From the NCBI GenBank assembly GCA_009914755.4, contig CP086569.2, positions 14,848,001 through 14,912,000 of the forward strand: a DNA stretch of 64,000 nucleotides, given 5' to 3'. Within the stretch, counting starts at the first letter, position 1, and each line of letters starts with the position of its first letter. Shown piece by piece: positions 1 through 18,801 of this stretch. Below the pieces are notes generated by a model that was given only the letters and a program-made list of their open reading frames with translations, was not told the DNA's origin and did not search any database. Made by a program: the position numbers and the translations under genes. This stretch comes from the human T2T-CHM13v2.0 reference genome, Homo sapiens.

Positions 1-1916
1 AGATAGTTTCAATGCAATCTATTAGATGTTTATACTGGGTGCTATGGAACCACAGAGGATAGGCACAGAAACTGATTCCTGAAATTCACATGAGCTTTAA
101 ATAACCGGCTTGAAATGCCTGTTTATGAACGAAAGGAAAAAAGAAGAGTGCCCAGGTTTCCTCATTTACTCACTTGTTTACTCTAGTGCATTTATGTGTG
201 CATTCTTAGAGTGAGTGTCCACAAGTTCAAAATCCCTAAAAGGAGCTCAAAGCAACTCTTCCTATGAAACACCCTTCTGTCCATTTCAGAGATGAGGATA
301 TCTTGATAAGAAAGAAAGAAATAGGAAGAGCATTGCAGAAAGGGATAGACCAGTAGGATGGAAAATGTCTGCTTGTCTTGAGTCCAGTCTTTACAGCTCC
401 ATTTCAGAACTATTTCAATTGTTGTGAAGTTCTCCCATGTTAGGGATGCATACTCAAATCCCCAAACACATTCGGGTTAGATATAAATTCATTTTCATTA
501 TCTTGCTTTCAGGATAATCCATGCCACTAGAGTATGCTTTCCGAACAGTGAAAACATAAAAGTTAAGAGGATTCAAATTGAAGTTGGAAAGTTTTCCCTC
601 TAGAAATTAGAAAGACAACATTAGTATTAATAGTGTTTAAACTATTGAGTTAAATATTAACATTTTCCATTTAAAATGAAATTTAATAATGTATAGAAGA
701 GCAACACATACATTAGTATATCAGAAGTACAAATGATGAAAGATAATGAGGCTCTTGTCTTCGTAATGAGACTAAAAATCAGAATATTCTAAAGTTTTAT
801 AAGCCTTGATCCTGTCATCATTAGTGTATAGTGTCTAGGCTGATCTTACAGAAAACCTCAAGAGAATGTATTTTAAAACTTTCCAGTCTAACAGTGTCAT
901 TCAAAAAAAAGGATGTCTTTATGTGGTTGAAAACAAGGTTTAAATTGTGTAATCCTATTAAGAAAGAAAACTAGGCTCTTTTTCATATTCTATTCTGTGT
1001 AAACACATGCACACTTTTCCCCCTTACTTAACGTTTAGAGCTTTCAGAGCTGAAGGCCAAGATTTAGTGCCAGCTCTTTCACACTTTTGATATCTCAAGA
1101 GTGCCAGCCAAGAAAACATACACAATGCTCACTTAATTTGCATAATATCCAGGGCTCTAAAGAGGTTATAATAAATGCTACAAAAAAAATCTTGTAAGGA
1201 ATATGCTTGCCTGATATTTAAAGCATTGATATGATTCTGCTCAGAAAGTGACATTTGATGTTCCCAATTTGGCTGTCAGCTGGAGTTACTATGCCTGAAA
1301 AAAATTCACTTAACTCTTTCATATATGGTGAACTGTGATTGTCCTGTTGCAGAAAAACACTTCCAAGGCCTCGCTTCTGTTATTTGTTGCTGTCAGCAGC
1401 CTTCTGAGATGGGTACACCGTGATACCTGCTCCCTCATCTTCATGCCTTGCTTAATCGCATCCTGTTGAGAGTGGGCTGGAAAGAGCAAGTGGCTTCTGA
1501 GGAATGGAGCACTGCCAAGTGTTGGGATGATGTTACTGAGACTAAGCCACAAAGACTCTAACTTTGTGGTCTTCTTTCACTTTCTGGGCCTTCTCACCTG
1601 TTTTCATGAAGGAAGTTGTGAGCTGCCCCATGGAGAGGCCTATATGACAGGGAACTGGTCAACAGCCAACAAAGAATGGAGGGCCTCCGTGCCTCAGCCC
1701 ATGAGGATCTGAATCCCACCAATCACCTTGCAAGGGAGCTTGGAAAGGGATCCATCTAGGCTTGACACGACTGATGTCCCAGCTGACTGCAGGCTCATAA
1801 GAGGGCTCAGCTAAGCAATGCCAAAATTCCTCACCCACAGAAACTGTGAGGTAATACACATAATGTTTCTCACCATTATATTTTGAGATGTTTTGTTACG
1901 TGGCAACAGGCACCTA

Positions 1917-2185
1917 CAGTAGTCCCCCTCTTTTCCATGAGAGAGATGTTCCGAGATCCAGAGTGGATGCCTGAAACCGAGTGTAGTACTGAACCCTATA
2001 TACACTGCTTTTTCTTATACCTACATACATTACATACATATGATAAAGTTTAATTTATAAATAAGGCACAGTAAAAGATGAATGACAATAACTGATAATA
2101 AAATTAAACAAGTATAATAGTATCTTGTGAAGTTAAGTGATATCTCCTTCTTTCTATTAAAATATCTTATTGTACTGCACTCACC
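1917..2185 (+). mobile_element. MaLR (THE1/MST-type) internal sequence, 3' end, contiguous with the downstream LTR
   Basis: Begins tacagtagtcccc... and ends directly at the LTR start. It resembles the remembered THE1/MST-int consensus (tacagt..tccc.., AT-rich body). Confidence 0.55.
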
Positions 2186-2559
2186 TGACATGGTTAGGCT
2201 TTGTGTCCCCACCCAAATCTCATCTTGAATTGTAATTCCCATAATCCCCACGTGTCAAGGGAGAGACGAGGTGGAGGTAATTGAATCATGGGGGTGGTTT
2301 CCCTCATGCTGTTCTCCTGATAGTGAGTTCCCACGAGATCAGATGGTTTTATAAGGGACTATTCCCACTTCACTCAGCACTTCTCCTTCCTGCAGCCTTG
2401 TGAAGAAGGTGCCTTGCTTCCCTTTCACCTTCCACCACGATTGTAAGTTTCCTGAGGCCTCCCCAGCCATGTGAAACTGTGAGTCAATTAAACCTCTTTC
2501 CTTTATAAATTACCCAGTCTTGGCAGTTCTTTATAGCAGTATGAAAATGGACTAATGCA
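2186..2559 (+). mobile_element. THE1/MST-family MaLR LTR (3' LTR of the element starting near 1917)
   Basis: Starts tgacatggttaggctttgtgtccccacccaaatctcatcttgaattgtaattcccataat. Contains gaggtaattgaatcatggggg and ends ..ggactaatgca. These match the THE1 consensus landmarks. Confidence 0.8.
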
Positions 2560-2796
2560 TCACCCTTCTTCTTGTGATGGTATGAGATGATAATATGCCT
2601 GCCTCATGAGATGAAACCAGGTGAATGACATAGGCATTGTGGCACAGGCATTGTGATGTAGTAGTGTTAGTCTACTATTGACCTTCTGACAAAGCATCAG
2701 AAGGAAGGTCATCTGCTTTGGGTGATCCCAGATCTTTGAGCTATGATGATGTCTTTGGGTGAATGTCAGGAGCAGATGCTGCCTATGAATCTTGGG

Positions 2797-2845
2797 TGGG
2801 TAGCAAGTTATGTGCCCAGCTTTGGTGGGTAGCAAGTTATGTGTC
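2797..2845. repeat. 24-bp direct tandem duplication (tgggtagcaagttatgtg[c/t]ccag x2)
   Basis: Seen directly: cttgggtgggtagcaagttatgtgcccagctttggtgggtagcaagttatgtgtccag. Confidence 0.7.
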
Positions 2846-3450
2846 CAGTGTGGAGATGCTGAACAAAGGGATAATTTACATCCCAGGCAGGATGGAGCAG
2901 GACAGTGTGAGATTTCATCATGTTATGAAGAATGGCACACAATTGAAAACTTACGAATTGTTTATTTTTGGAAGTTTCCATGCAATATTTTCCAGCTGCA
3001 GTTGTCTGCAGGTAACTGAAACTGCAGACAGAGAAACTGTGGATAAGGGGACTGCTGTAATGCATTCACTATACTTCATCTCTAAATGTGAGCAACTCCA
3101 GAAAACTACTTGGCCAGGTAATGTCTCAGTAAATAGAAAGCACTGTGTTCTACCTTTTTGGTACCTGGAAATAGCTAACTAGGTATTTACTAAATATTGG
3201 CTGAAATTACCTTAATTATAGATTAAGCACAATCAGTTCCTGAGAATACTAAGATTAATACACATGATCTATGGTGATGGTTGAAATGTCTCCAATAGTA
3301 ATTTTTGGCAGAGTTGGTTTAAAGCCCAAAATTGACCACTTGATCAATTTGACCAACAAATTGATTTGTTATGTGATCTTGAGGGGGTTAATTGGCCTCT
3401 TTGAGCCTGTTGTCTGATTAACTAAATTGGGAAATAATAAAACCTATCTT

Positions 3451-3833
<383 letters not shown>

Positions 3834-4496
3834 TTAATCCAACACAATATTATTTTTGTGTCACCAGTCACCAAGGTGCTCCTAATTTAAGAAGGAAGAC
3901 AGAAATGATTGTGGCAAATATGGCAGATGTGGAAACAGAGGTGAATTCAGTGTGCAGCAGGGAGACACACTAAAGAGCATCACTTATTTCTCTAAATAAC
4001 ACTTTCAGTTAGTTGCCTCTTAATAGAGGAAAATAAAAATGAACAGGACGATAGTGATTTTTCCCCCTAGCAAGTCTTCACTAGCTAGTTTTGAAAGCAT
4101 GGCCAGCCTTATCAACTACTTAGGGGTCTTCTTAAGTCATGTTGGAAGGAAGAGAACATGCAGACTTGATCTTTAATTCAACTACATGCAATGCAAAGAG
4201 TTTATTTAAAAAAACATATGTGTATATACATACACCTTACCTAATGAATGGCTGGCTCTACTTCATTGTACAGTGCACAGTCCCTGATAATAAATGCCAG
4301 GCCTGCATAATACAGAAAGGCTCATTAAACATTTCTTTGGTCTTACTTTCAAGAAATGAGAATTTATATAAGGCATAAATAGCTCATGAAAATGTCTTAT
4401 TGCAAACAGCTTTGCTTTAATGTTCAATTACCTTTTTTTTTTTTTTTGAGCTGCATTTCTACAACCACACTAAGCAGTTTGTTTCTCATCTTTTGG

Positions 4497-4550
4497 TGTT
4501 TTCTCTTTCTCTTTCTCTCTCTCTGTCTCCACACACACACACATATTTGC
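4497..4550. repeat. (CT)n-(CA)n compound dinucleotide repeat
   Basis: ctctttctctttctctctctctgtctccacacacacacacat. Confidence 0.8.
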
Positions 4551-5794
4551 ACATGTATATTCCAGCAAAATCCCTTGCATATATACAGTGGAAACATTTA
4601 CCTTTGTGTTTTTTGTTTTCTTGTCTACTGCTGTACCGCAATCTTAAATAAATGCTAAGCTACTTCAGTGCATGGAGTAGAATCAAATGTAGCTTTTAAA
4701 CCACTCCTTTACAGCCAGTAGCTTTTTGCAAGACAATAACTGGGCCTCACACTCTGAGTTTTCCAAAAGAAGGGCTGTAGCAACCACCTCCTTGGTGTAA
4801 AGCAGCATTATAAGGCCTTCTGGATACTTAGTAAGGCACGTTTTGTCATGCCTTTGACCTGATGTGTTGAAAAAAAGTGTTTTGATATGTGGAAACGGAA
4901 GCAATTTTTTTCCCTTTGGCAATGTCTACTGCTATTTTACAGTTTGCCAAAACTTTTCTCTTTTCAAAAGTTATCATTTTAGACTGCAGAACTGCTATGG
5001 ATATCACTTATTGTACTTTCTGAATAATTTTAAAAGACTTCATAACATCTGTCACACCTGTCTTTAATCAAAATAAACCCCTGAAAGATCTTTTCCATTA
5101 GGTTTTACATAGCCTTACGGTTTACTATTTCCTCCCTAAAAATAACTTTTATTCACACAATAAGATGGACAAGCATATAGTAAATGAAAAGTAAATATAA
5201 ATATAGTTTAGGATAGCAAAACATTGTGAAAAACTGTTAGTGCAGTATAACTGCTTCATGTTTTTAGTTAGGTGAACACAGGTGAAGAATAAATATGGAT
5301 ATACAACTTTTCCTTTGAAAACTTTGATGTAACTCTTTCATGTTTTGAAACATTAAAAATAATTTTTATATGACAAAAGTGAAGTAAGTTCTCACACATT
5401 CTGCAGTTCTGTATGAAAATTTTGCTAAAGGTAAATGGCAAGATGACATTTATTTATTTAGTGTCATCTCATTATATATTTTTTTCTTAATTTGTCCAAC
5501 CAAGAGACTTTCCAAGCCTTCTAGCAATAATAAGATTATACAATAAACCATGATCCCAAAAGCATGTTACAGGAAAAACAAAAATCTTGACATTTTAGTT
5601 GACTACAAATTTGTTCTGAGCTAATAATATGATAAATTCTAACTGATTTTAGAAATCAGCATATTAGAATAATTTCTTACAAAATGTCACATGTGTGCTA
5701 CCCAGGCTAGACCACATCTAACTACTATATCCAAGCCATTGTCTTAATTTACAATATAGGATATCAAATAAACACCACTGTCTACTACAATATC

Positions 5795-6097
5795 TTTTTT
5801 TTTTTTTTTTTTTTTGAGATAGGGTCTTGCTCTGTCATCTAGGCTGTAATGCAGGGACATAATCATTTCTCACTTCAGCCTCCACTTCATGGATGCAAGA
5901 GATCCTCCTGCCTTAGCCTCCTGAGTATCTGGGACTCCAGGCATGCATCACCATCTCTGGATAATTTTTGTAATTTTTTTTTCTTGTAGAAATGGGGTCC
6001 CACTATATTGCCCAGGCTTTGAACTCCTGGACTGAAGAGATACTCCTACCTTCACCTCCCAAAATGCTGGGATTAAGGGCACAAGCCACTGTACCCC
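5795..6097 (-). mobile_element. Alu (older, S/J-like), antisense
   Basis: Poly-T head, then gagatagggtcttgctctgtcatctaggctg ... cctcccaaaatgctgggattaagggcacaagccactgtacccc. Confidence 0.85.
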
Positions 6098-8049
6098 ACT
6101 TCCTACAATATTTTGACAGACATCAAATAGCTGCACTCTTTCTGAACAAGGCTGAATATAACCTCTTATTTTCTTCTCAATATGGTAGTTCAAGTCACTA
6201 TACTAATTAATCAGCATTGTTACCATTTGTGACAGACTCAACAGTATCCAGAGTAGAGCAAATCATCATTGAAAGCACTTTTGAAAAATGGAATTGGGAA
6301 CTGGTAACATTTAGCAAAGAATGACAGTATCCAACAGAACATGGGAGCTCTCTTCAAATATTTAAAGGAGTGGTGTATGGAAAAGGAAGTAGATTCACTA
6401 TTTGTTACAGCTCTTGAAGTCGAAACAAAGAACAAGGCAGAGAATTGCAGGATCTCTGCTTATAATAGAAAATGTCAATTAGTGAAATAAGTGCTTTTAA
6501 AATGCTATAGTTACTCTCAACCCCTAGAACTATTCAGAAGTGGCTGAGGAATTAATCATTGAGAAGACTTTGGTAACAGCGAAATAGGTGACCTATAAAT
6601 TAGTACCCAGAGGCTAAATTATGACATTAAAACACCCTCAAATTTTCATAAAAATAATTATTTTGCCACTATTGATACCGACTATGTCTGATTATATTCA
6701 AATATTTCAGCACAGCATAATTACTGAGTTTGATTTGCAGACATGATTTATATATTCAAAGAAGACTGTGGACATCTCTCTTGCTGAAAGCTCTTTGGGC
6801 AAAAACTAAAGTGGCCTTAGACTCAACATGCTCTGCAATATTATCTGCATTAATTTTGAATGTCACAAACAATTAGAAGCATTATTAGTGATAAAAGTAT
6901 TTATCATCGTATGTCAATATATTCTCTTAATAAGTTAATATATGGAGATCATCATTCTAGATTTACTTTTATCTTCATTTTGACATCTAAGGAATTATGG
7001 TAATGTTATGTCAGAAAGTGCTGAAAAATGCTTCAAAAGTGTCAAAATTACACAGGTGCCATCTTGAAAGTGGTAACTTCAGAAAAGTGCCCTTGTAATA
7101 TCCAGGAATTCATAGTGATAGTGAATAGAATGATAGAAGACAATGCAAAGCACTTCCTCACAGATAGCCAAGTGAGAAACACAGAAAAAATGATGGAGTT
7201 GGGAAATCTCTGTATTGTAACCACCATATTGGCATCAATGCCAACTAGATGACAAAACTAGTTTGATGAACAAGAAATGATACATACATAGTCTGAAATA
7301 GCCCATTGATTTCTTACCAATACCACATGTCTTATAAATTGCAGAGGTAAAATTAATGACTCTGTATGGGGATATCCAAGAGACACCATTTTAACCAAGT
7401 GATGAAGTTTATCATCACCAACAATGAGACAGAGGCATTATATGCATCTAGACATAAGGTACTAGAGAAAACACACCTTGTGTTGATGGTATTCCTGCCA
7501 AAAATAAATAAATTGAATCCAGTTATCAGGAATCGTTAAAAAAGCTCATATCGAAGGATGTTCAACAAAATAACTGGCCTGTGTCCAGATATATCAGCTT
7601 CATGAACAAACAAGAAACTGACAGAATGTTCCAGACTGAAGGAAAGTAAAGTTACGAGACAATGTGATGTCATTCATGATTGTGAATTTGATACTGGACC
7701 AGAAAGAATATAACTAAAAGAGACAGTATAGCAATAATTAAGAAATTTTCAATATCACTGTGAATCAGATAGTACTGTGCCAATGTTATCAATGATACCA
7801 ATACTATCAATGAATTAGATAGTATTGTACCAATGTTAAATTTCTTGATTTTGTTAATTGTATCAGGTTCATGCAGTTTTTATCCTTGGGAAATTCATAT
7901 CAAAATATTTGGTGTTAGGTGAATATGATATCTACAACTTAATTTCAAGTAGTTCAGAAAAGCATATGCATATATAGATATACGTGTATAGATATATAGA
8001 AGTGTGTGTGTTATGTGTGTATTTGTGTGCATGAAAACACTTAGAGGAG

Positions 8050-8595
8050 AGAAGACAGATAGATGATAGGTAGATAGGTAGCTAGAGAGAGAGAGACAGA
8101 CAGATAGACAGAAAGACAGACAGGTCCCTTAGACAGATTGAGGGACAGACAGACAGATAGACGGACAGAAAGATAGATGGACAGAAAGACAGATAGACAG
8201 ATGAACGGATGGACAAAAAGACATACAGACAGACGGATGGACAGACAGAAAAACAGAAAGACAGACTGAAAGGTAGACAGACAGGTAGACAAAGAAAGAC
8301 AGGCAGATAGGTAGATAGGTAGGTAGGTAGGTAGATAGATAGATAGCCAGACAGACAGACAGTCAGAAAAACAGACAGACAGACAGATAGACAGATAGAT
8401 AAACAGACAGATAGAAAGATAGACAGACAGACAGATCCACAGATAGACAGACAAACAATAGCCAGCCAGCAAGCCAGCCAGCCAAATAGACAAAGAGACA
8501 GACACATAGGTAGACAGACAGACAGAGAGACAGATAGACAGATAGATATAGATAGATAGATACGAATAGATGGATAGATAGATAGTCAGATAGAG
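8050..8595. repeat. Compound tetranucleotide microsatellite (GATA)n/(GACA)n, about 550 bp
   Basis: Continuous agacagatagacag / gatagatagatag runs. The overlapping ORFs (185 aa, 141 aa, 'LSICLSVCLS') are repeat artefacts. Confidence 0.95.
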
Positions 8596-8602
8596 CAAAG
8601 CA

Positions 8603-8906
8603 GTCGGGTGCGATGGATCATGCCTATAATCCCAGCACTTTGGGAGGCTGAGACGGGTGGACCTGAGGTCAGGAGTTCAAGAGCAGTCTGGCCAACATGG
8701 CAAAATCCCGTCTCTAGTAGAAATGTAAAAATTAGCCAGGTATGGTGGTGGGTGCCTGTAATCCCAGCTACTTGGGAGGCTGAGGCAGGGAGAACTGCTT
8801 GAACCTGGGAGGCAGAGGTTGCAGTGAGCCAAGATTGTGCCACTGCACTCCAGCCTGAGTAAGACTCTGTCAAAAAGCAAAATATAACAAAACAAAACAA
8901 AAAACC
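8603..8906 (+). mobile_element. Alu (S-type) with TSD atagagcaaagc
   Basis: gtcgggtgcgatggatcatgcctataatcccagcactttgggaggctgag...gcagtgagccaagattgtgccactgcactccagcctg. The A-rich tail is flanked by the direct repeat tagagcaaagc (8590-8601 and 8929-8940). Confidence 0.9.
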
Positions 8907-9934
8907 ACAGTAACATAGATAGAGCAAAGCCACTGTGGCAAATTTTTAACATATCCTAAATCTGGTTGAATGTTTACAGCAAATTTTATACAGTACTTTG
9001 ATATTTTCTGTGGGCTTGAAAATATATAAAATAAAAATTTATAAAAATAAAAAGAGAACCAGAGATGAAAGTTGGAATAATCAAAAATAAATCTAAACAA
9101 TGATGCATCTCTGGGTAATCAGTTGTTTTTTAGCTCATTCGGATGAAATTTTTGGCTGAATTGACTTCAGCAGTGGATCTCACTTTCTGAAAGATTTGTG
9201 CTGTCCTGTTAGGCTATCTGATACACAGGACTCAGGTTGTGGGAAAGAGAAATGAAATACTGTAACTTATGGTAAATATTTAACAAGAATACAGCCCAGT
9301 ACACTGCAGCATGAACTGCAGGGAAACTTACCTTAAGTAGAACCATACGTAACAATATTTAGGTTTCTTAAGCTGTTTGCGCTTACACCACTTGTGCCTG
9401 CATAATATCTAGGATGCCTTCTTAACAGCAATTGTAAATTTTTTTGCAAAGCCCAATACCAAAATGTAAAAGCTGGAAACTATTATGCTTTTCTCAATTC
9501 AAACTTTAATAATATACATTTGACAATGAGCTTATTTATATATGGTGAACTGTAATATAATGTGATGCAAATGTCATTCTGTGGTTATTCCCAATTTTCC
9601 ATAAAATGTTCACAGAAGTAGCATTATCAAATAAATGAAATGTGATAAAAATAATACATTCAATCTTGGCTTTCAGTAGCAGAATTAAAGTTTAATTGCA
9701 TGGACATGAGTTGCTCATGTTATTCATCAAGTTCAATGTCATTATTGATTTTTCAGGAATAGTATTGGCATGGCTTACATTTTGAGGAATTTAGGCCAGA
9801 AATCCTAGATGCCAATAATCTTTCTCTATATGGGAAAAATGCATCCTTTAGTCCCCCTGTCTGAAGGAAAACCACAGAGGCAGTGGAACTGTTAGAAGCA
9901 GGAAATAGGTTTGAATAATATAAATGGCCAATGA

Positions 9935-10394
<460 letters not shown>

Positions 10395-11501
10395 AATTTT
10401 CTTATTTGTATTTTCAGATGAGGTTTGAGAACATTATGTGCAGTTTCATCTACTCAACAAAAAGATGTCGGTCACGCCAAGATGGCCGAACAGGAACAGA
10501 TCCGTTCTACAGCTCCCAGTGTCAGTGATGCAGAATATGGGTGATTTCTGCATTTCCATCTGAGGTACCAGGTTCATCTCACTAGGGAGTGCCAGACAGT
10601 GGGCGCAGGAGAGTGGGTGCAGCGCACCGTGTGTGAGCCAAAGCACGGCAAGGCATTACCTCACTCGGGAAGCACAAGGGGTGAGGGAGTTCCCTTTCCT
10701 AGTCAAAGAAAGGGGTGACCGATGGCACCTGGAAAATCAGGTCACTCCCACCTGAATACTGCACTTTTCCAATGGGCTTAAAAAAACGGCACACCAGCAG
10801 ATCATATCCTGCACCTGGCTCAGAGGGTCCTATGCCCATGGAGTCTCGCTGATAGCTAGCACAGCACTCTGATATCAAACTGCAAGGTGGCAGCGAGGCT
10901 GGGGGAGGGGCACCCGCCATTGCCAGGGCTTGCTTAGGTGAGCAAAGTAGCCAGGAAGCTCAAACTGGGTGGAGCCCACCACAGCTCAAGGAGACCTGCC
11001 TGCCTCTGTAGGCTCCACCTCTGGGGGCAGGGCACAGACAAACAAAAAGACAGCAGTAACCTCTGCAGACTTAAATGTCCCTGTCTGACAGCTTTGAAGA
11101 GAGCAGTGGTTCTCCCAGCATGCAGCTGGAGATCTGAGAATGGGCAGAGTGCCTCCTCAAGTGGGTCCCTGACCCCTGACCCCTGAGCAGCCTAACTGGA
11201 AGGCACCCCCCAGTAGAGGAGACTGACACCTCACATGGCCGGGTGCTCCTCAGAGACAAAACTTGCAGAGGAACAATCAGACAGCAGCATCCGCGGTTCA
11301 CGAAAATCCGCTGATCTGCAGCCACTGCTGCTGTTACCCAGGCAAACAGGGTCTGAAGAGGATCTCTACTAAACTCCAACAGACCTGCAGCTGAGGGTCC
11401 TGTCTGTTAGAAGGAAAATTAGCAAACAGAAAGGACATCCACACCAAAAACCCATCTGTACATTGCCATCATCAAAGAACAAAAGTAGGTAAACCACAAA
11501 G

Positions 11502-12518
11502 ATGGGGAAAAAACCGAGCAGAAAAACTGGAAACTCTAGAAAGCAGAGCACACTTCCTCCTCCAAAGGAACACAGTTCCTCACCAGCAACGGAACAAAGC
11601 TTGATGGAGAATGACATTGAGGAATTGAGAGAAGAAGACTTCAGATGAGCAAACTACCCTGAGCTACCGGAGGAAATTCAAACCAAAGGCAAAGAAGTTA
11701 AAAACCTTGAAAAAAATTTAGACAAATGTATAACTGGAATAACCAATACACAGAAGTGCTTAAAGGAGCTGATGGACCTGAAAGCCAAGGTTTGAGAACT
11801 ACGTGAAGAATGCAGAAGCCTCAGGAGCCAATTTGATCAACTAGAAGAAAGGGTATCAGTGATGGAAGATGAAATGAATGAAATGAAGTGAGAAGGGAAG
11901 TTTGGAGAAAAAAGAGTAAAAAGAAATGAACAAAACCTACAAGAAATATGGGACTATATGAAAAGACCAAATCTATGTCTGATTGATGTACCTGAAAGTG
12001 ACGGGGAGAATGAAACCAAGTTGGAAAACACTCTGCAGGACATTATCCAGGAGAACTGCCCCAACATAGCAATGCAGGCCAACATTCTCAATCAGGAAAT
12101 ACAGAGAATGCCACAAAGATATACCTCAAGAAGAGCAACTCTAAGACACATAATTGTCAGGTTTAGCAAAATTGAAATGAAGAAAAAAATGTTAAGGGCA
12201 GCCAGAGAGAAAGGTCGGGTTTCCCTCAAAGGGAAGCCCATCAGACTAACAGCGGATCTCTCAGCAGAAACTCTACAAGCCAGAAGAGAGTGGGGGCCAA
12301 TATACAACATTCTTAAACATAAGAATTTTCAACCCAGAATTTCATATCCAGCCAAACCAAGCTTCATAAGTGAAGGAGAAATAAAATACTTTACAAACAA
12401 GCAAATGCTGAGAGATTTTGTCACCACCAGGCCTGCCCTAAAAGAGCTCCTGAAAGAAGTACTAAACCTGGAAAGGAACAACCGGTACCAGCCACTGCAA
12501 AATCATGCCAAATTGTAA
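11502..12518 (+). pseudogene. L1 ORF1 (RNA-binding protein) with a premature stop
   Basis: atggggaaaaaaccgagcagaaaaactggaaactc encodes MGKKPSRKTGNS, and in-frame tga follows about 135 nt later (ttcagatgagc). The C-terminal 186-aa ORF (11958..12518) matches the L1 ORF1p C-terminus ...RPALKELLKEVLNLERNNRYQPLQNHAKL. Confidence 0.85.
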
Positions 12519-12581
12519 AGACCATCAAGGCTAGGAAGAAACTACATCAACTAATGAGTAAAATCATCAGCTAACATCATA

Positions 12582-16405
<3,824 letters not shown>

Positions 16406-16800
16406 ACAATGAGATCACATGGACACAGGAAGGGGAATATCACACTCTGGGGACTGTTGTGGGGTGGGGGGAGGGGGGAGGGATAGCATTGGGAGATATA
16501 CCTAATGCTAGATGATGAGTTAGTGGGTGCAGTGCACCAGCATGGCACATGTATATATATGTATCTAACCTGCACAATGTACACATATACCCTAAAACTT
16601 AAAGTATAATAAAAAAAATAAAAAAATAAAAATAAAATTAAAAAAAAAAACAATTTAAAGCAAAATTTAATAATTACAAGTTTACCACACACATCAAAGT
16701 GAAATGTCTTTTAAAAATAGCACAATGATCATGGTGGGTAGGGATATGGCTGTGTCTTACATCACACATGAAGTGTTATATTACTATTTGAAGATGTTAA

Positions 16801-17114
<314 letters not shown>

Positions 17115-17266
17115 ATAAACACTATACTTTTTTTAATTAAAAGAAGGTATATGAAATAATTCTATGGTGGAGATAAACGGGATTCTACAAAATTAATTTT
17201 TATTTTGTATATATACACACAAACTTTTACCTTTATTTCTCTGAAATTACTATTTTAATCCTAATA

Positions 17267-17347
17267 TTAGGTTGGTGCAAAAGTCATTGCGGTTTTGGCC
17301 ATCATTTTCAATGGCAAAGACCGCAATTACTTTTGCTCCACTCTAAT
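17267..17347. mobile_element. MADE1 (hsmar1-derived mariner MITE), about 80 bp
   Basis: ttaggttggtgcaaaagtcattgcggttttggccatcattttcaatggcaaagaccgcaattacttttgctccactctaa. This is the palindromic MADE1 structure with ggtgcaaaagt...acttttgc TIRs. Confidence 0.85.
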
Positions 17348-17863
17348 ACAAATTGTGATGATGAATTTAATAAGTGACCTTGACCGGGCTAAGGGATGAC
17401 CAGATGGTTGGAAAGACATTTATTTCTGGCTGTCTCTGTAATGGTATTTCCAGAGGGATTAGCATTTGGATCAGAGGGGTTTTTTTTGGGAGCGGGGGTG
17501 AGGGGTCCTGATTAGCATAAGTCCACAGCAACCACCAAAAATGTGAATGCTGCTTGCTTTCCATAGTGACTGCTTGAGTTACCTCCCACATAGGACACCT
17601 AGGGTGTGTTGCTCCCAGGCCGTGGGATGGATTCAGAGATAATACCATCAACACCAATGTATCAACACAATGCCTGAACATTCCTAGACAGAGATTTAAG
17701 TGGTGTGGTAGACAAGGGATCAAGAAGGATGCCAGAATGAAGGGAAGAAATCTGGAAAAACCAAGAGAATTGCAGAAAACCAGATCCAGGGCTCTAATAA
17801 TCTGTGAGAGCCTATGTAGACTTCTGTCTAGGATGAGTCAATGACTTACCATTTAAGAGCACA

Positions 17864-18280
<417 letters not shown>

Positions 18281-18500
18281 TTAATGAATCAAAAATCAAC
18301 AATGAAATATTGATCCTGAAAATGTGACCAAATTTTGGTGCCTGGTGAAATGGAAATTCTGAGCGAAGAAAAAAGTGTAGTCCTTGCTCTTAACTTGCTT
18401 AAAAAACAAACTAGTAGAAGATATACAAACTATTATTATAAATGAGGAGTACAGTAACTAGTGACATATATAAGCTTCATTTGTTATTGTCCATTCCATT

Positions 18501-18801
<301 letters not shown>

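Noticed and set aside
2763-3182. 139-aa + ORF (MSGADAAYESWVGSKLCAQLWW...)
   Set aside because: It spans a 24-bp tandem duplication and MaLR-internal-like sequence (ctgcaggtaactgaaactgcagacagagaaactgtggataaggggactgctgta resembles the THE1/MST-int 3' end). It shows no protein similarity and no splice or promoter context.
8041-8933. ORFs of 185, 141 and 115 aa over the (GATA/GACA)n array and the adjacent Alu
   Set aside because: They are translations of simple tetranucleotide repeat ('LSICLSVCLS...') and Alu sequence. They are not genes.
10395-10467. Searched for a TSD flanking the + strand L1 (10468..16651)
   Set aside because: There is no convincing direct repeat between the 5' flank (..ctactcaacaaaaagatgtcg) and the 3' flank after the poly(A) (caatttaaagcaaaattt). 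The exact 5' boundary is therefore +/- a few bp. The element call itself is not affected.
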